64,000 nt of DNA from an uncultured Candidatus Saccharibacteria bacterium (GTDB taxonomy: Bacteria > Patescibacteriota > Minisyncoccia > UBA9983). A program made the position numbers and the translations under genes. Position 1 is the first letter of the stretch, and the number at the start of each line of letters is the position of its first letter. Positions 19,093 to 29,304 of the stretch are shown here, piece after piece. Under the pieces are notes generated by a model. That model made no database searches, was not told where the DNA came from, and saw nothing but the letters and a program-made list of their open reading frames with translations. The stretch covers positions 18,860 to 82,859 of the forward strand of contig CAYTKF010000001.1 in NCBI GenBank assembly GCA_964438405.1, given 5' to 3'.

Positions 19093-19719
19093 ATGAAAAA
19101 AATATTAATCTTATCTGCGGTAGTTTTGGCAGTCGGAGTAGTCGCATCAATCGCAGTTGCCGGAACTGGCAACGGCGCTCCTTCAGGCGCGCACTACAAC
19201 CTCAACATCATCGGTGTCCCAAAGAATAAAACCGCTGATATGACCGGCGACAACGGCCACAGAATTTTTGTTTCGCTTTCCGGCAATACCAGGATTAATT
19301 TGACCGAAGGCGATTATCAGGTTTTAGATGCAAACGGAACTGATGGAGTTGCCGCTTTTCAATTGCCAAATCCTGATCCGGATAATGACGAAATAACAGT
19401 TTATTCTGTTTGGGCAAGAGCTGTTGGAAAACCAGGTGGTAGCGCAAAAATGACAACCTGTGCAACAGATCCGAGCGATGGATCAGAAGTCTGTTCTACA
19501 CTTTCTTATGTGGCAGTACGTTCGAAGGGTAAGCCAACATTTGAAAATGTGTCTAAGGAACTTCTTTATATCTACGTTGACCTCGACGGAGATGGGACTG
19601 CGGAACGATATAACTTGTTCAATAGTGCACTAGAAGATTACTTCTGGAGCTACGACAACAACGGCCTAAAGGTTCTCCAGCTTCGCTTCTACGAGATTCC
19701 GACGGACGTAAATCCTTAA
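19093..19719 (+). CDS. Secreted hypothetical protein
   Basis: Signal peptide ILILSAVVLAVGVVASIAVAGTGNG; 208 aa. Confidence 0.45.
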   Translation: MKKILILSAVVLAVGVVASIAVAGTGNGAPSGAHYNLNIIGVPKNKTADMTGDNGHRIFVSLSGNTRINLTEGDYQVLDANGTDGVAAFQLPNPDPDNDEITVYSVWARAVGKPGGSAKMTTCATDPSDGSEVCSTLSYVAVRSKGKPTFENVSKELLYIYVDLDGDGTAERYNLFNSALEDYFWSYDNNGLKVLQLRFYEIPTDVNP

Positions 19720-19730
19720 TTAAATCTACA

Positions 19731-19770
19731 AAAACCCCGCCCCTCGAGATTTTGGTCGGGGCGGGGTTTT
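19731..19770. terminator. Strong intrinsic terminator (potentially bidirectional)
   Basis: aaaaccccgcccc-loop-ggggcggggtttt. Confidence 0.8.
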
Positions 19771-19834
19771 GACTAACATGATTTTTGACATTTGACAAAA
19801 GACTGAAAATGCTTAGTTTATAATAATAAGGCTT

Positions 19835-21352
19835 ATGTCTAAGTACCCACCTTTTTTAGAGAAAAATATAAAGTTAGGGCTTAATAAAGAGCTATTAAAA
19901 ATCATGCCCCGGGAGCTTATCCTAGAGTTTGATGCTTTTGTTTTTGAAAAAGATTCTGATTCTGGCCTTGTAAAAATTGCTGCGGTAAACCCGGAAAATA
20001 TTGCCTTGAGGCATTATGCAAAAGAAAAGTTCGGCGACAAAGTTGAATGGTTCAGCGCCCAAAAGGAGGACGTAGATTTTATATTAAAAAATCTTAAACG
20101 GGATTTTAAAAACGATATTTTATTTTTAGCCAACAACGTCACCGAGAACAATGAAAATATTACAAAAATTGTTGACGGCATTATAGAATACGCTCTTGCC
20201 CAAAAGGCAAGCGACATTCACATTGAACCATCGAGAAATGAATTTCTTGTGCGATTTAGAATCGACGGCGCCATGCATCAGATGTTAAATTTGCCACGCA
20301 GTATATATCAGGCGCTGGTTGCCCGCATAAAAATAATCGCCAACTTAAGAATTGATGAGTACCGACGCCCCCAGGACGGCCGTATTGAACCCGAAAATTT
20401 TCCCGATATTTCACTCCGCACTTCCATTATACCAACTCTTTTTGGGGAAAAGATCGCCATGCGTATTCTTGACGACTCGCAAAAAGATATTTTGATTGAG
20501 GAACTGGGATTTTCTAAAGAACAAAAAAATATAATTTTACAAAACATAGAAAAACCGTTCGGCATGATTGTTGCCTCGGGCCCCACTGGTTCAGGAAAAA
20601 CTACAACGCTCTATGCTCTTTTACAAATTTTTAAAAAAGACGGATTTAATATTTCTACGCTTGAAGATCCGATTGAATATGTATTACATGGAGTAAACCA
20701 GATTCAGATTAATCTTCAGGTAGGGCTTACTTTTCCAATAGGCCTCCGCTCCCTTTTGAGACAGGACCCGGACATTATGATGGTGGGGGAGATCAGAGAT
20801 ACAGAAACCGCCTCCATGGCTGCCGATGCCGCAATGACAGGCCACATAGTTTTTACCACCCTCCACACCAATGACGCAGCTTCCGCCTTCACCCGTTTTT
20901 TGGAAATGGGGGTTGATGATTTTGTTGTTTCAAGCACGATTAATCTTGTCATTGCCCAACGCCTTGTCCGCAAAATCTGTAATAATTGCGCAGAAAAAAA
21001 AATGCTGGATAAAATAACCATAAAAAAGATTAAAGAACGCAAAGATATCATGGAGGCTCTTCAGGAAAAACAAATTGGATCCCTTAATAAATTTGAGGAG
21101 ATGACTTTTCGCCAAGGCAGGGGATGCGACCTTTGTTTTCAAACAGGATATCTGGGCCGTATCGGGATTTTTGAGCTGTTGACTCCTAATAAAGAAATAC
21201 ATGATTTAATACTGAGCCATAAATCATCGGAAGCCATAAGAGCGGCGGCGGAAAAAAATGGTTTCCGCGACATGATTACCGATGGAATTGACAAAGTATT
21301 TTTGGGAATCACCACTTTTGAAGAGGTTTTGCGGGTCACAAAAAATATTTAG
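19835..21352 (+). CDS. pilB: Type IV pilus / type II secretion assembly ATPase (PilB/GspE family)
   Basis: Walker A ASGPTGSGKTTTLYALL, Asp box and His box (TTLHTND), and C-terminal tetracysteine CNNC...CDLC. Confidence 0.85.
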   Translation: MSKYPPFLEKNIKLGLNKELLKIMPRELILEFDAFVFEKDSDSGLVKIAAVNPENIALRHYAKEKFGDKVEWFSAQKEDVDFILKNLKRDFKNDILFLANNVTENNENITKIVDGIIEYALAQKASDIHIEPSRNEFLVRFRIDGAMHQMLNLPRSIYQALVARIKIIANLRIDEYRRPQDGRIEPENFPDISLRTSIIPTLFGEKIAMRILDDSQKDILIEELGFSKEQKNIILQNIEKPFGMIVASGPTGSGKTTTLYALLQIFKKDGFNISTLEDPIEYVLHGVNQIQINLQVGLTFPIGLRSLLRQDPDIMMVGEIRDTETASMAADAAMTGHIVFTTLHTNDAASAFTRFLEMGVDDFVVSSTINLVIAQRLVRKICNNCAEKKMLDKITIKKIKERKDIMEALQEKQIGSLNKFEEMTFRQGRGCDLCFQTGYLGRIGIFELLTPNKEIHDLILSHKSSEAIRAAAEKNGFRDMITDGIDKVFLGITTFEEVLRVTKNI

Positions 21353-21359
21353 AAAAATT

Positions 21360-22568
21360 ATGGCCGTATTTTCATATAAATTAATAACCCAAAATGGCCA
21401 GATTCAAACAGGCTCTATTTCTGCGCTTACAAAAAGGGGGGCCGAAAAAACACTCACTAAAGACGATTCTATAATTATTTTTATTTCAACCAAAGATCAC
21501 TTCTGGCAGAAACAAATAAATCTTCCCTGGAAGAATTTTTCTTCAACGGAAAAAATAAACTTTTTTCGCGACCTCTCGATGATGATTTCTTCCGGGCTTT
21601 CAATTGTTGAGGCCTTAACTCTTTCGTTTGAAGAGATAAAAAATAATAAAGTAAAAGAAACAATAAAAACAATAGCCAATAACACAAAAAACGGTCAGAG
21701 ATTATCTAAATCAATGGCACAATTTCCGAAATATTTTCCGCAGGATATCGTGGAAACGGTTAATATGGGAGAATTATCAGGCGAGCTCAGCAAGGCGCTC
21801 GGACGCATTGCAAACGACCTAGAAAAAAATGTTGAAATAAAAAGAAAGATTACGGGCGCATTAATGTATCCGGGAATCATTATTTCAATAATGATTATTG
21901 TTGTCACAATTTTATTGTTATATGTTATACCGCAAATCGGAAAAATATACGAAGAGTCAAATATAGAGCTTCCTTTTCTGACAAAAATACTGCTGGTTGT
22001 CGGCAACCTTCTAGCGTCCCATTTATATATCTTTTTGCTGGCATTGGCCGTTGTAATAATCATACCCATTCTTTTATTGAGGATAAAAAAAATACATTAT
22101 GCTTTTAATTATTTAATATTAAAACTGCCTGTTTTCGGAAATATCATTAAGGATTATAATCTGATCCTCTTTTTCCGCTCGATTGAATCTTTAATAAAAA
22201 GCGGAATTTCGCTGGTTGATTCCGTTAATATTGCAAAAAAAACCACTAAAAATGACGTTTATAAAAAGGCTTTTGACACAGTCCACCCCATACTGCTTCG
22301 TGGCATACCTCTTTCCGATATTATGAAACGCTTTCCTTTTTTATTTGCACCCCAAACGCAAAAAATAATAGAAGTTGGCGAAAAGACGGGCAAATTAGAT
22401 AATTCATTCAGCCGGATAACAAACTATTACGAGAACGTATTGGAGCATAAAACAAAAACTATGCTAGTTTTAATTGAGCCGGTATTAATGCTGGTTTTGG
22501 GAATTGTAGTCGGGGGATTGGCACTCTCTATTTTTATGCCGATTTATCAAATCGTCAACGTATTTTAA
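21360..22568 (+). CDS. pilC: Type IV pilus inner-membrane platform protein (PilC/GspF family)
   Basis: Two GspF-type repeats with TM helices. Internal ATG at 21360 chosen because the tracked ORF start at 21282 overlaps pilB. Confidence 0.8.
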   Translation: MAVFSYKLITQNGQIQTGSISALTKRGAEKTLTKDDSIIIFISTKDHFWQKQINLPWKNFSSTEKINFFRDLSMMISSGLSIVEALTLSFEEIKNNKVKETIKTIANNTKNGQRLSKSMAQFPKYFPQDIVETVNMGELSGELSKALGRIANDLEKNVEIKRKITGALMYPGIIISIMIIVVTILLLYVIPQIGKIYEESNIELPFLTKILLVVGNLLASHLYIFLLALAVVIIIPILLLRIKKIHYAFNYLILKLPVFGNIIKDYNLILFFRSIESLIKSGISLVDSVNIAKKTTKNDVYKKAFDTVHPILLRGIPLSDIMKRFPFLFAPQTQKIIEVGEKTGKLDNSFSRITNYYENVLEHKTKTMLVLIEPVLMLVLGIVVGGLALSIFMPIYQIVNVF

Positions 22569-22570
22569 AT

Positions 22571-23005
22571 ATGAAAAAGACAAATGGTTTTTCTCTTATT
22601 GAAATAATTACCGTTATCGGTATTATGGGCGTAGTTGCAGCCACTGGATTTATGACCTTTAGGGGAATTAAAGATGATATTATTTTGGAGCAAACAAAGA
22701 CAACCTTGGTTTGGGCTTTAGAGGAGGCCCGGAACCGGGCCGCAACCGGATTTGGACAAAATAAACAAGGAGTTCATATAGAAGAAAATAAAATTGTGAT
22801 TTTTGAAGGAGATGAATATGTTGATGGCGAGGGAGAAGAAATAATTTTTCCTCCAACCATATCAACCGACCAAACTAACGGCAATATTATATTTAACCGG
22901 ATTAGCGCATCAGTTAACACGGCTGCCACAATTATTATTAATAATATAAAAGGCAGTACAAAAATTATTAATATTACTTCAGATGGAAAAATCATCGCTC
23001 AATAA
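22571..23005 (+). CDS. Type IV pilin / pseudopilin (prepilin N-terminal cleavage-methylation domain)
   Basis: MKKTNG|FSLIEIITVIGIMGVVAA matches the class III signal G|F(S/T)LIE. Confidence 0.7.
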   Translation: MKKTNGFSLIEIITVIGIMGVVAATGFMTFRGIKDDIILEQTKTTLVWALEEARNRAATGFGQNKQGVHIEENKIVIFEGDEYVDGEGEEIIFPPTISTDQTNGNIIFNRISASVNTAATIIINNIKGSTKIINITSDGKIIAQ

Positions 23006-23495
23006 AAAAGGGGGTTTTGGAATAATAGAGGTCGTTGTTGGAATTACTCTTGCCTCCGTATTTATGACAGCCTTCGCGGCATTAACCGTGCAAACTATCA
23101 AACTTAATCGCGCCAACACAAACGAACTCAAGGCAAATATATATTTAAGAGAACTTATTGAGATTGCGAAAGATCTTGAACAGTCAGAAGACTGGAATAT
23201 ATTAACCGATTATCCTTGCCAAGAATCTTTAGGTCGGGTCTGTTATCCCAAAATTTCAAGTGGAAAATGGATTTTGACTACAGGCGCAGAATCACTTGAT
23301 AATGACATATATAATCGTTCGCTTACCATTGCCGATGTTTATCGGAACCAGCTTTCATTCCCCAATGAGATAGTGGCAAGCGGAGGCGTTTCTGACCCAA
23401 ACACAAAAAAAATAATTGCAAAAATTTTATGGAGTGATGGCAGCCATCCCCCAATGATACTTGAGACATATGTTTATAATTATATCGCGCCGTAA
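22983..23495 (+). CDS. Pilin-like protein (minor pilin candidate)
   Basis: KGGFGIIEVVVGITLASVFM prepilin-like N-terminus. Confidence 0.55.
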   Translation: MEKSSLNKKGGFGIIEVVVGITLASVFMTAFAALTVQTIKLNRANTNELKANIYLRELIEIAKDLEQSEDWNILTDYPCQESLGRVCYPKISSGKWILTTGAESLDNDIYNRSLTIADVYRNQLSFPNEIVASGGVSDPNTKKIIAKILWSDGSHPPMILETYVYNYIAP

Positions 23496-23500
23496 TCTTT

Positions 23501-23962
23501 ATGTTTATAAAAAAATTATTTAAAAACAATAATTTCGGATTCACCATAATAGAAACAATTGTTGCGCTCGGCCTGGGCGTTCTTGTCGTGACCGCTGTTA
23601 CGACCATTGTTCTTCCCGGACTCAAGAACATACGCGCCGCCACTCAAACCGAAAGACTGCATGCAAACGCGGTATTTTTGCTGAACAATTTAACTTATTG
23701 GATAAAACAAGCCGAAGATCTCAATACGCCTAGCCCGTCTGTACTTGAAATTAAACTTTCCGATTCTTCGGTAAAAATTATTAAAAAAGACGGCGACAAT
23801 ATAACAGCTGACAATATTCCCCTTAATAATAATGATGTTAAGATAATAGAGCTTAATTTCACAAAGATGGCAAAATCGGTGAAAATTGATTTGGTTATTA
23901 AAACTGAAAAAGGAGAAACATTTTCCATTAAAACAACCATTGCACAAAGAAACAAACTTTAA
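23501..23962 (+). CDS. Pilin-like protein (minor pilin candidate)
   Basis: NNFGFTIIETIVALGLGVLVV prepilin-like N-terminus. Confidence 0.55.
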   Translation: MFIKKLFKNNNFGFTIIETIVALGLGVLVVTAVTTIVLPGLKNIRAATQTERLHANAVFLLNNLTYWIKQAEDLNTPSPSVLEIKLSDSSVKIIKKDGDNITADNIPLNNNDVKIIELNFTKMAKSVKIDLVIKTEKGETFSIKTTIAQRNKL

Positions 23963-23966
23963 AATT

Positions 23967-25049
23967 ATGCCATCTTATAAAAAAGACAAAGGAATAATAA
24001 GTTTAATTACTATATTGACTGTAGGTCTTTTCTCGTTAAGCGCCGTAATAATAAGCGAAATGGGCGCACTTAAGGAACTGGCAAAAAATCGCAATAATAT
24101 GATGGGAGAGAAATCTTTTTATGCCGCCGAGACCGCTACCAGAGAGGGGGCTTATCAATATCTAAACAACACTTCCTATTCGGGAGGTGCCCTGCTCTCT
24201 ATTAATAATGTCTTAGACAGCTCTAATATTGTTGATGATGACTCTTTGCCCTGGCCGTATGTGGAGATAATCGGGGCCGCGGAAAACGAGACCAATCATC
24301 GCGAAGTCATACATAAAATTACTGTGTTCCCCGAGGGCCAGGCTTTTAGTTATGCCGTCTACTCGCAAAACAGCATTAGTTTTGGCGGAAACGCCACTGT
24401 AAATGGAGATATTTTTGCCAACAACAACATAAATTTTAACGGCCAAAGCGCAACAATTAACGGAAACGCCTTTTCTATTAACGAAATAGATGACACAGAT
24501 AATATAAATGGAGAGGCCGTTTTGGTGAAATCAGTAATTTCAGCGCCCCAAATTGACACTCAGTCCTATAAAGACGTTGCCGTATTTGCAGAAACATTTT
24601 TCACTTCTTCAAGCGACGCAGAAAACTATATTAACAACAATACAAGAACAGCGGTTGTATTTGTTGAAGACAGTAATGAGACAAAAATACATGGCACTAA
24701 TACCAAACTATCAGGAAGTTTGGTTGTAAGTGGCGATTTGGAAATCAGCGGAGGCACTTATACGGCAACTGATAATTACGCCGCAATTATAGTTGGCGGC
24801 AATCTTAAAATATCAGGAGGGGCGATAATCAACGGAATAGTTTATGTGTCAGGTTCTACAGCATTTGGTGGAGGAAATAATGTAATTAATGGTTCGCTTC
24901 TTTCTACAAATGGGGCAAGTATTGCAGATATCACAGGCAGTACTGTTATTAATTTTGATCCAGACAATATAGGAGCTTGGCAGGATCTTGAGGGGTTGAT
25001 AACCACCTCTACTCAAGACCCAGAAATTGTTGATTGGCTAGAACGATAA
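23967..25049 (+). CDS. Pilus-associated protein with an N-terminal pilin-like hydrophobic segment and beta-helix-like repeats
   Basis: Internal start MPSYKKDKGIISLITILTVGLF. Repetitive GGNATVNGDIFANNNINFNGQSATINGNAFSIN. Confidence 0.4.
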   Translation: MPSYKKDKGIISLITILTVGLFSLSAVIISEMGALKELAKNRNNMMGEKSFYAAETATREGAYQYLNNTSYSGGALLSINNVLDSSNIVDDDSLPWPYVEIIGAAENETNHREVIHKITVFPEGQAFSYAVYSQNSISFGGNATVNGDIFANNNINFNGQSATINGNAFSINEIDDTDNINGEAVLVKSVISAPQIDTQSYKDVAVFAETFFTSSSDAENYINNNTRTAVVFVEDSNETKIHGTNTKLSGSLVVSGDLEISGGTYTATDNYAAIIVGGNLKISGGAIINGIVYVSGSTAFGGGNNVINGSLLSTNGASIADITGSTVINFDPDNIGAWQDLEGLITTSTQDPEIVDWLER

Positions 25050-25075
25050 AGACTTGACAAATAATTATAAGGGTT

Positions 25076-25106
25076 TAATTTGATAAATAGAGATTTAATC
25101 AAATTA
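25076..25106. promoter_or_regulatory. Near-perfect 13/14-bp-arm inverted repeat upstream of the giant adhesin gene (candidate operator)
   Basis: taatttgataaat-agag-atttaatcaaatta; the arms are reverse complements with a 1-nt indel. Confidence 0.35.
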
Positions 25107-25131
25107 TTAACAATAAAAACCGATAATTTAT

Positions 25132-28100
25132 ATGAAAAATTTTAATTCCCGGGCAGCTAACGCAATTTTACTGGCCGTATCAATGGTCGTTTACATAATA
25201 GCGCCGGTTTTGTCATTTGCTCCGCAAGTATCTTATGCGACCCAACCTGTCAGTAGTTATATTGTTTCTATAGATACTATTAATGACGATCCTCCGACAG
25301 AGGCCTGTCTTGTTAGTCCTGTGACAATTATCGGAAGCGGACAAGTTATAAACGGACAAGGAAGCGGTTCTGATCAATACCACATTGAGATTAATTGGGG
25401 AGACGGCACCCTAGAAAATGGAATTGTAATTAATCCAACACCGGATCCGGGAGGCGACAAGAAAACTTTTTCCTTTAGCTATACCGCAACTCACAGTACT
25501 TCAGTTACCAGCACACAAATTAAAGTACGTCTCTATCACGGTGCTCCCCCGGGCAACGACGCCCAAGCTGATGCCGTGATAAGTGTCTCTGTCTGCGTTG
25601 CTCCACCCACCACCGCGGTTCTCAATGTTAAAAAGATTGTCGTTAATAATAACGGTGGTACAGCTACGTCCTCAGACTTCACCCTGCGGTTAAAATCAGC
25701 CACCACAACTAACGATATCAGCGGAAGCCCTTTTTCCGGTTCAACCGCGGGTAAAGATTTTATTTTGAGCCCAGGCCCTTATGTTGCCGGCGAAGATGCT
25801 TTTTCGGGCTATAGTTCAGCAATTACCGGTAATTGCGCCGCAGACGGAACCATTACTCTGTCAGCCGGACAAAATTATTCCTGCACCATTACCAATACTG
25901 AATTACCACCAACTCCCACTACTGGTTCTATTTCCGGTAAAAAGTTTGAAGATTTGAACGGCGACCACGTGCGAACCAATGAGACTACTGATCCTGACTT
26001 GCCCGACTGGACAATCCGGCTTGATTTGATTGGCAGTTCTGACGCTCCGAATTGCGAATCGGGTCAAACTCCAGTAGCCTCGGTCAATGGAGAGTTCTGC
26101 GAAGTTTTGACTGATTCTAATGGTAATTACAAATTTATTAATCTGCTTCCGGGCGACTACATAGTTTCCGAAGTTTTACAGGATGGCTGGACACAGACAA
26201 GACCAAATGCAGATTACGGAGGCCAAGGTAGACAAGCTGATGGTACTTACCATTTAACTCTTTCTGCCGGACAGAATATTAATGACAGACAGTTTGGCAA
26301 CAAACAATCGCCCACTACCGGCAGTCTACAGGTTGATAAAGTTGCAATTGGCGGAGACAGCATGTTTAGTTTTACCGGAGATAACGGAATAACTGGTTTT
26401 GACATTACAACCAGCGGAGGTACTGGCAGTCTTACAATCAGCGATCTTCTTCCGGGAGTTTATAATATTTTTGAAACAATTAAGGCTGGTTGGGACGAAT
26501 TAAATGATTGCACTAACGTCAATGTGACTGTTGGTAATACAACGAATTGCACTTTTACCAACACAGCGCGCGGCTCTATTACGGTTCACAAAAATGTGGT
26601 TGCACCGGACGGACAAACTGATGTTTCAGACAACCATAATTTTACCGTGACGCTTAATGGCGATAATTCCCAAACACTTAACGAAACAACATCGGTATCT
26701 TACACAGACCTTATTCCTAATCAGCAATATACTGTTACAGAAGATATGGATTCTGATTACAGCCAAGTTTCTATCACTGGCGATTGCGTTTCTGACGGCA
26801 CCATCACATTGAATCCCGGACAGGACGCTGTCTGCACCATCACCAATGCGCAAAAACAGGGGACACTTACAGTCATTAAACATGTAATCAATCACGGCAT
26901 TGGCACTGCTGACGCAAATGATTTTTCGTTCATAATAAATGATGGACAGCCAACAGCGTTTACAGCAGACGAAGGAAGTCTTGAAGGACAAAATACAATT
27001 GCAGTTGACCCGGGAACTTACACAGTGAGCGAACCTTCAGTGCAGGGCTATGCCGCAAGTTATAACAATTGCACCGACGTGGCGATTCCAAGCAACGGTT
27101 CTGCCACCTGCACCATTACCAACAGCGATATTCCTCCGGGCGACGGCGCAATTACTGTTTTTAAGACTTTGCCGAATGACAATGGAGGCACAGCAACGGT
27201 TGCTGATTTCCCGCTCTGGATTACAGATTCTGATGACCCGCAAAATCCCATCTCTGCTGCAAACGGCCAGGCAAATTTCTTAGCGGCTGGCCATAATTAT
27301 ACTGTAAGCGAAACAAATCCTAATGAAATTCTTGGTTATAACCAAAGCATCAGCTGTTATGACGGGCAAACTCCGCTTGACGGCAGTACAATCACTGTTG
27401 TTGAAAACCATGTTTACACTTGCACCATTACCAATGACGACATGCCTGTTTCTTTGACGCTTAATAAAACAGTGATCACTGACAACGGGGGCACAGCCCA
27501 GGCATCAGACTGGACTCTTACTGCAAAAGGACCGATAACCTTAAGCGGTGTTGGCCCGACAGTTTCCAGCACAACTCTTTCAGCAGGCACTTATACGCTT
27601 TCTGAATCAAGCGGACCGACTGGCTATACAGCAAGTAATTGGTCATGTCAGGGAGGAACCTTAAATGGCGATGTTCTTACGCTTGTCCTTGGCGACAATG
27701 CAACCTGCGGTATTACTAATGACGACCAGCCCAGTTATATTTCCGGCGCGAAGTTTGAAGATGTTAATTACAATAAAATTTGGGACGATGGAGAAACTGG
27801 AATTGTTGGTTGGGTAATAAATCTGTTTAAAGAACAGCAGCTTGTTGCCTCTACAACCACTGGCGAAGTTGGAACTTATCAGTTTACTAATGTTTCTCCC
27901 GGAACATACACACTCACGGAAACAGCACAGGACGGATGGATTCAGACAACTGACGCACCTGCTCCAATAGATATGACTCAAGGCACAACTTCTGCAAATA
28001 ATAATTTTGGCAATTACAAAAAGATTGTCATATCAAATGAAAATTCTCAAGATCCAACAGAAACTTCTGTTGTCATAACTTGGGATACTGACAGACCGGC

Positions 28101-28755
28101 AACTTCACGCGTAATTTATGACACAGTTTCGCACGCAATTCTTGGCGATGCGCCGAATTACGGATACGCGTTTTCAACGATTGAGGACACTGCAACAACA
28201 ACCAGCCATTCTGTTACAATAACCGGTTTGGCGGCCGGCACTACTTATTATTACCGCGTAATTTCTCACGCTTCGCCCGAATCAGTGAGTTCTGAACACA
28301 ACTTTTCTACTGTCCAACAGCAAACTCCGCCTTCTAGTGGACCAGTTGGCGGCGGTGGTGGAGGTGGTGGAGGTGGTGGAGGTAATGGACCTGTTGGAGA
28401 TCTTTTATCTTTAACAACCCCTCCAACTCCCACAAATCCTCCAGTTAGCGGACCGGTTATAACCACAACTGGCGCAGGAGAAGAAAATCCAACTCCTCCA
28501 ACACCTCCAGTTCCAACAGGAGAAGGAGCAGGAATTACAGGAGAAATCGGCGCTAACACAGGTGGCGCAACAACTAGCGAAGAAACTGGCAATAATCTTG
28601 CCGCAGCAGCTGCAAGCCAGGAAAACGGTAGAAGCTTTGGCAGTATGCTCGCCTCTGTCTTTGGCGCAATCGGAAGCTGGTGGTGGCTGCTCCTGCTCAT
28701 CATTATCTTAATCATCATCTGGCTCATAAAACGTTCTCTGGACAAAAAGAATTAA
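25132..28755 (+). CDS. Giant cell-surface adhesin-like protein: signal peptide, repeated SdrD/Cna-B-like and Ig-like domains, FN3-like domain, poly-Gly/Pro-Thr stalk, C-terminal TM anchor
   Basis: 1207 aa. Recurring GKKFEDLNGDH...NGNYKF.NLLPGDY.VSE..GW modules (Cna B/SdrD-B-like), G14 run, PTPPTP stalk, C-terminal WWWLLLLIIILIIIWLIKR. Confidence 0.6.
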   Translation: MKNFNSRAANAILLAVSMVVYIIAPVLSFAPQVSYATQPVSSYIVSIDTINDDPPTEACLVSPVTIIGSGQVINGQGSGSDQYHIEINWGDGTLENGIVINPTPDPGGDKKTFSFSYTATHSTSVTSTQIKVRLYHGAPPGNDAQADAVISVSVCVAPPTTAVLNVKKIVVNNNGGTATSSDFTLRLKSATTTNDISGSPFSGSTAGKDFILSPGPYVAGEDAFSGYSSAITGNCAADGTITLSAGQNYSCTITNTELPPTPTTGSISGKKFEDLNGDHVRTNETTDPDLPDWTIRLDLIGSSDAPNCESGQTPVASVNGEFCEVLTDSNGNYKFINLLPGDYIVSEVLQDGWTQTRPNADYGGQGRQADGTYHLTLSAGQNINDRQFGNKQSPTTGSLQVDKVAIGGDSMFSFTGDNGITGFDITTSGGTGSLTISDLLPGVYNIFETIKAGWDELNDCTNVNVTVGNTTNCTFTNTARGSITVHKNVVAPDGQTDVSDNHNFTVTLNGDNSQTLNETTSVSYTDLIPNQQYTVTEDMDSDYSQVSITGDCVSDGTITLNPGQDAVCTITNAQKQGTLTVIKHVINHGIGTADANDFSFIINDGQPTAFTADEGSLEGQNTIAVDPGTYTVSEPSVQGYAASYNNCTDVAIPSNGSATCTITNSDIPPGDGAITVFKTLPNDNGGTATVADFPLWITDSDDPQNPISAANGQANFLAAGHNYTVSETNPNEILGYNQSISCYDGQTPLDGSTITVVENHVYTCTITNDDMPVSLTLNKTVITDNGGTAQASDWTLTAKGPITLSGVGPTVSSTTLSAGTYTLSESSGPTGYTASNWSCQGGTLNGDVLTLVLGDNATCGITNDDQPSYISGAKFEDVNYNKIWDDGETGIVGWVINLFKEQQLVASTTTGEVGTYQFTNVSPGTYTLTETAQDGWIQTTDAPAPIDMTQGTTSANNNFGNYKKIVISNENSQDPTETSVVITWDTDRPATSRVIYDTVSHAILGDAPNYGYAFSTIEDTATTTSHSVTITGLAAGTTYYYRVISHASPESVSSEHNFSTVQQQTPPSSGPVGGGGGGGGGGGGNGPVGDLLSLTTPPTPTNPPVSGPVITTTGAGEENPTPPTPPVPTGEGAGITGEIGANTGGATTSEETGNNLAAAAASQENGRSFGSMLASVFGAIGSWWWLLLLIIILIIIWLIKRSLDKKN

Positions 28756-28787
28756 TAATGCTAATTTTCTCTTCGGAGGTGTAAGAA

Positions 28788-29192
28788 ATGTCTTACCAAG
28801 AGGCAGTTAGTTTTTTAAGAAGATTGGATAAGGAAATAAGAATATGCCATCCAGGCACCGGCAAAGAGATGCCCTGCGATGAAGTGCTTCGGGACCTTTC
28901 TTGGGAAGAATGGAAGACTGTAGAAGAAATTATCAAAAAACACAAACTTCCGTGTTCTCTTGTGAGCGGTCCGTATGGATTTTCTTTGATAATATATTCT
29001 TTTAAAAAAGATATATTGCTTCTTATTAAAAATGTCCAGTTTCCATTTTTGTCCGCAAAACGCGGTTTTAACGGTCAGCTGGATACACTTCATAGGATTT
29101 CTCCGCTGACCCACAACCAGCAAAATATTGACCTTCTTGCGGCTCTGCATTTTGAACCGCAAAATCTCAACCCTTTATCTTACGCCTATTAG
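28788..29192 (+). CDS. Hypothetical protein
   Basis: 134 aa. Good RBS (ggaggtg) 7 nt upstream. No recognisable motif. Confidence 0.35.
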   Translation: MSYQEAVSFLRRLDKEIRICHPGTGKEMPCDEVLRDLSWEEWKTVEEIIKKHKLPCSLVSGPYGFSLIIYSFKKDILLLIKNVQFPFLSAKRGFNGQLDTLHRISPLTHNQQNIDLLAALHFEPQNLNPLSYAY

Positions 29193-29213
29193 TTATTATT
29201 TTTCCAATTTTTC

Positions 29214-29248
29214 GGGCGCTGTGCGAAGCAATGCACAGGCCCTTTTTT
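29214..29248 (+). terminator. Intrinsic terminator
   Basis: gggcgctgtgc-gaagcaat-gcacaggccc followed by tttttt. Confidence 0.65.
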
Positions 29249-29304
29249 GTTATCCACAGGACAGCTTGTTTAAGTTTTGAAAATGTTTAAGTTCAAAAAT
29301 AGAA

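Noticed and set aside
21282-21359. Upstream extension of pilC overlapping the pilB 3' end.
   Set aside because: Internal ATG at 21360 lies just after the pilB stop and gives a typical PilC N-terminus. The 78-nt overlap is unlikely.
28320-28390. Tandem ggtgg(a/c) repeats.
   Set aside because: They encode the poly-Gly run inside the adhesin ORF (coding low-complexity), not a CRISPR or satellite. No CRISPR array was seen anywhere in the window.
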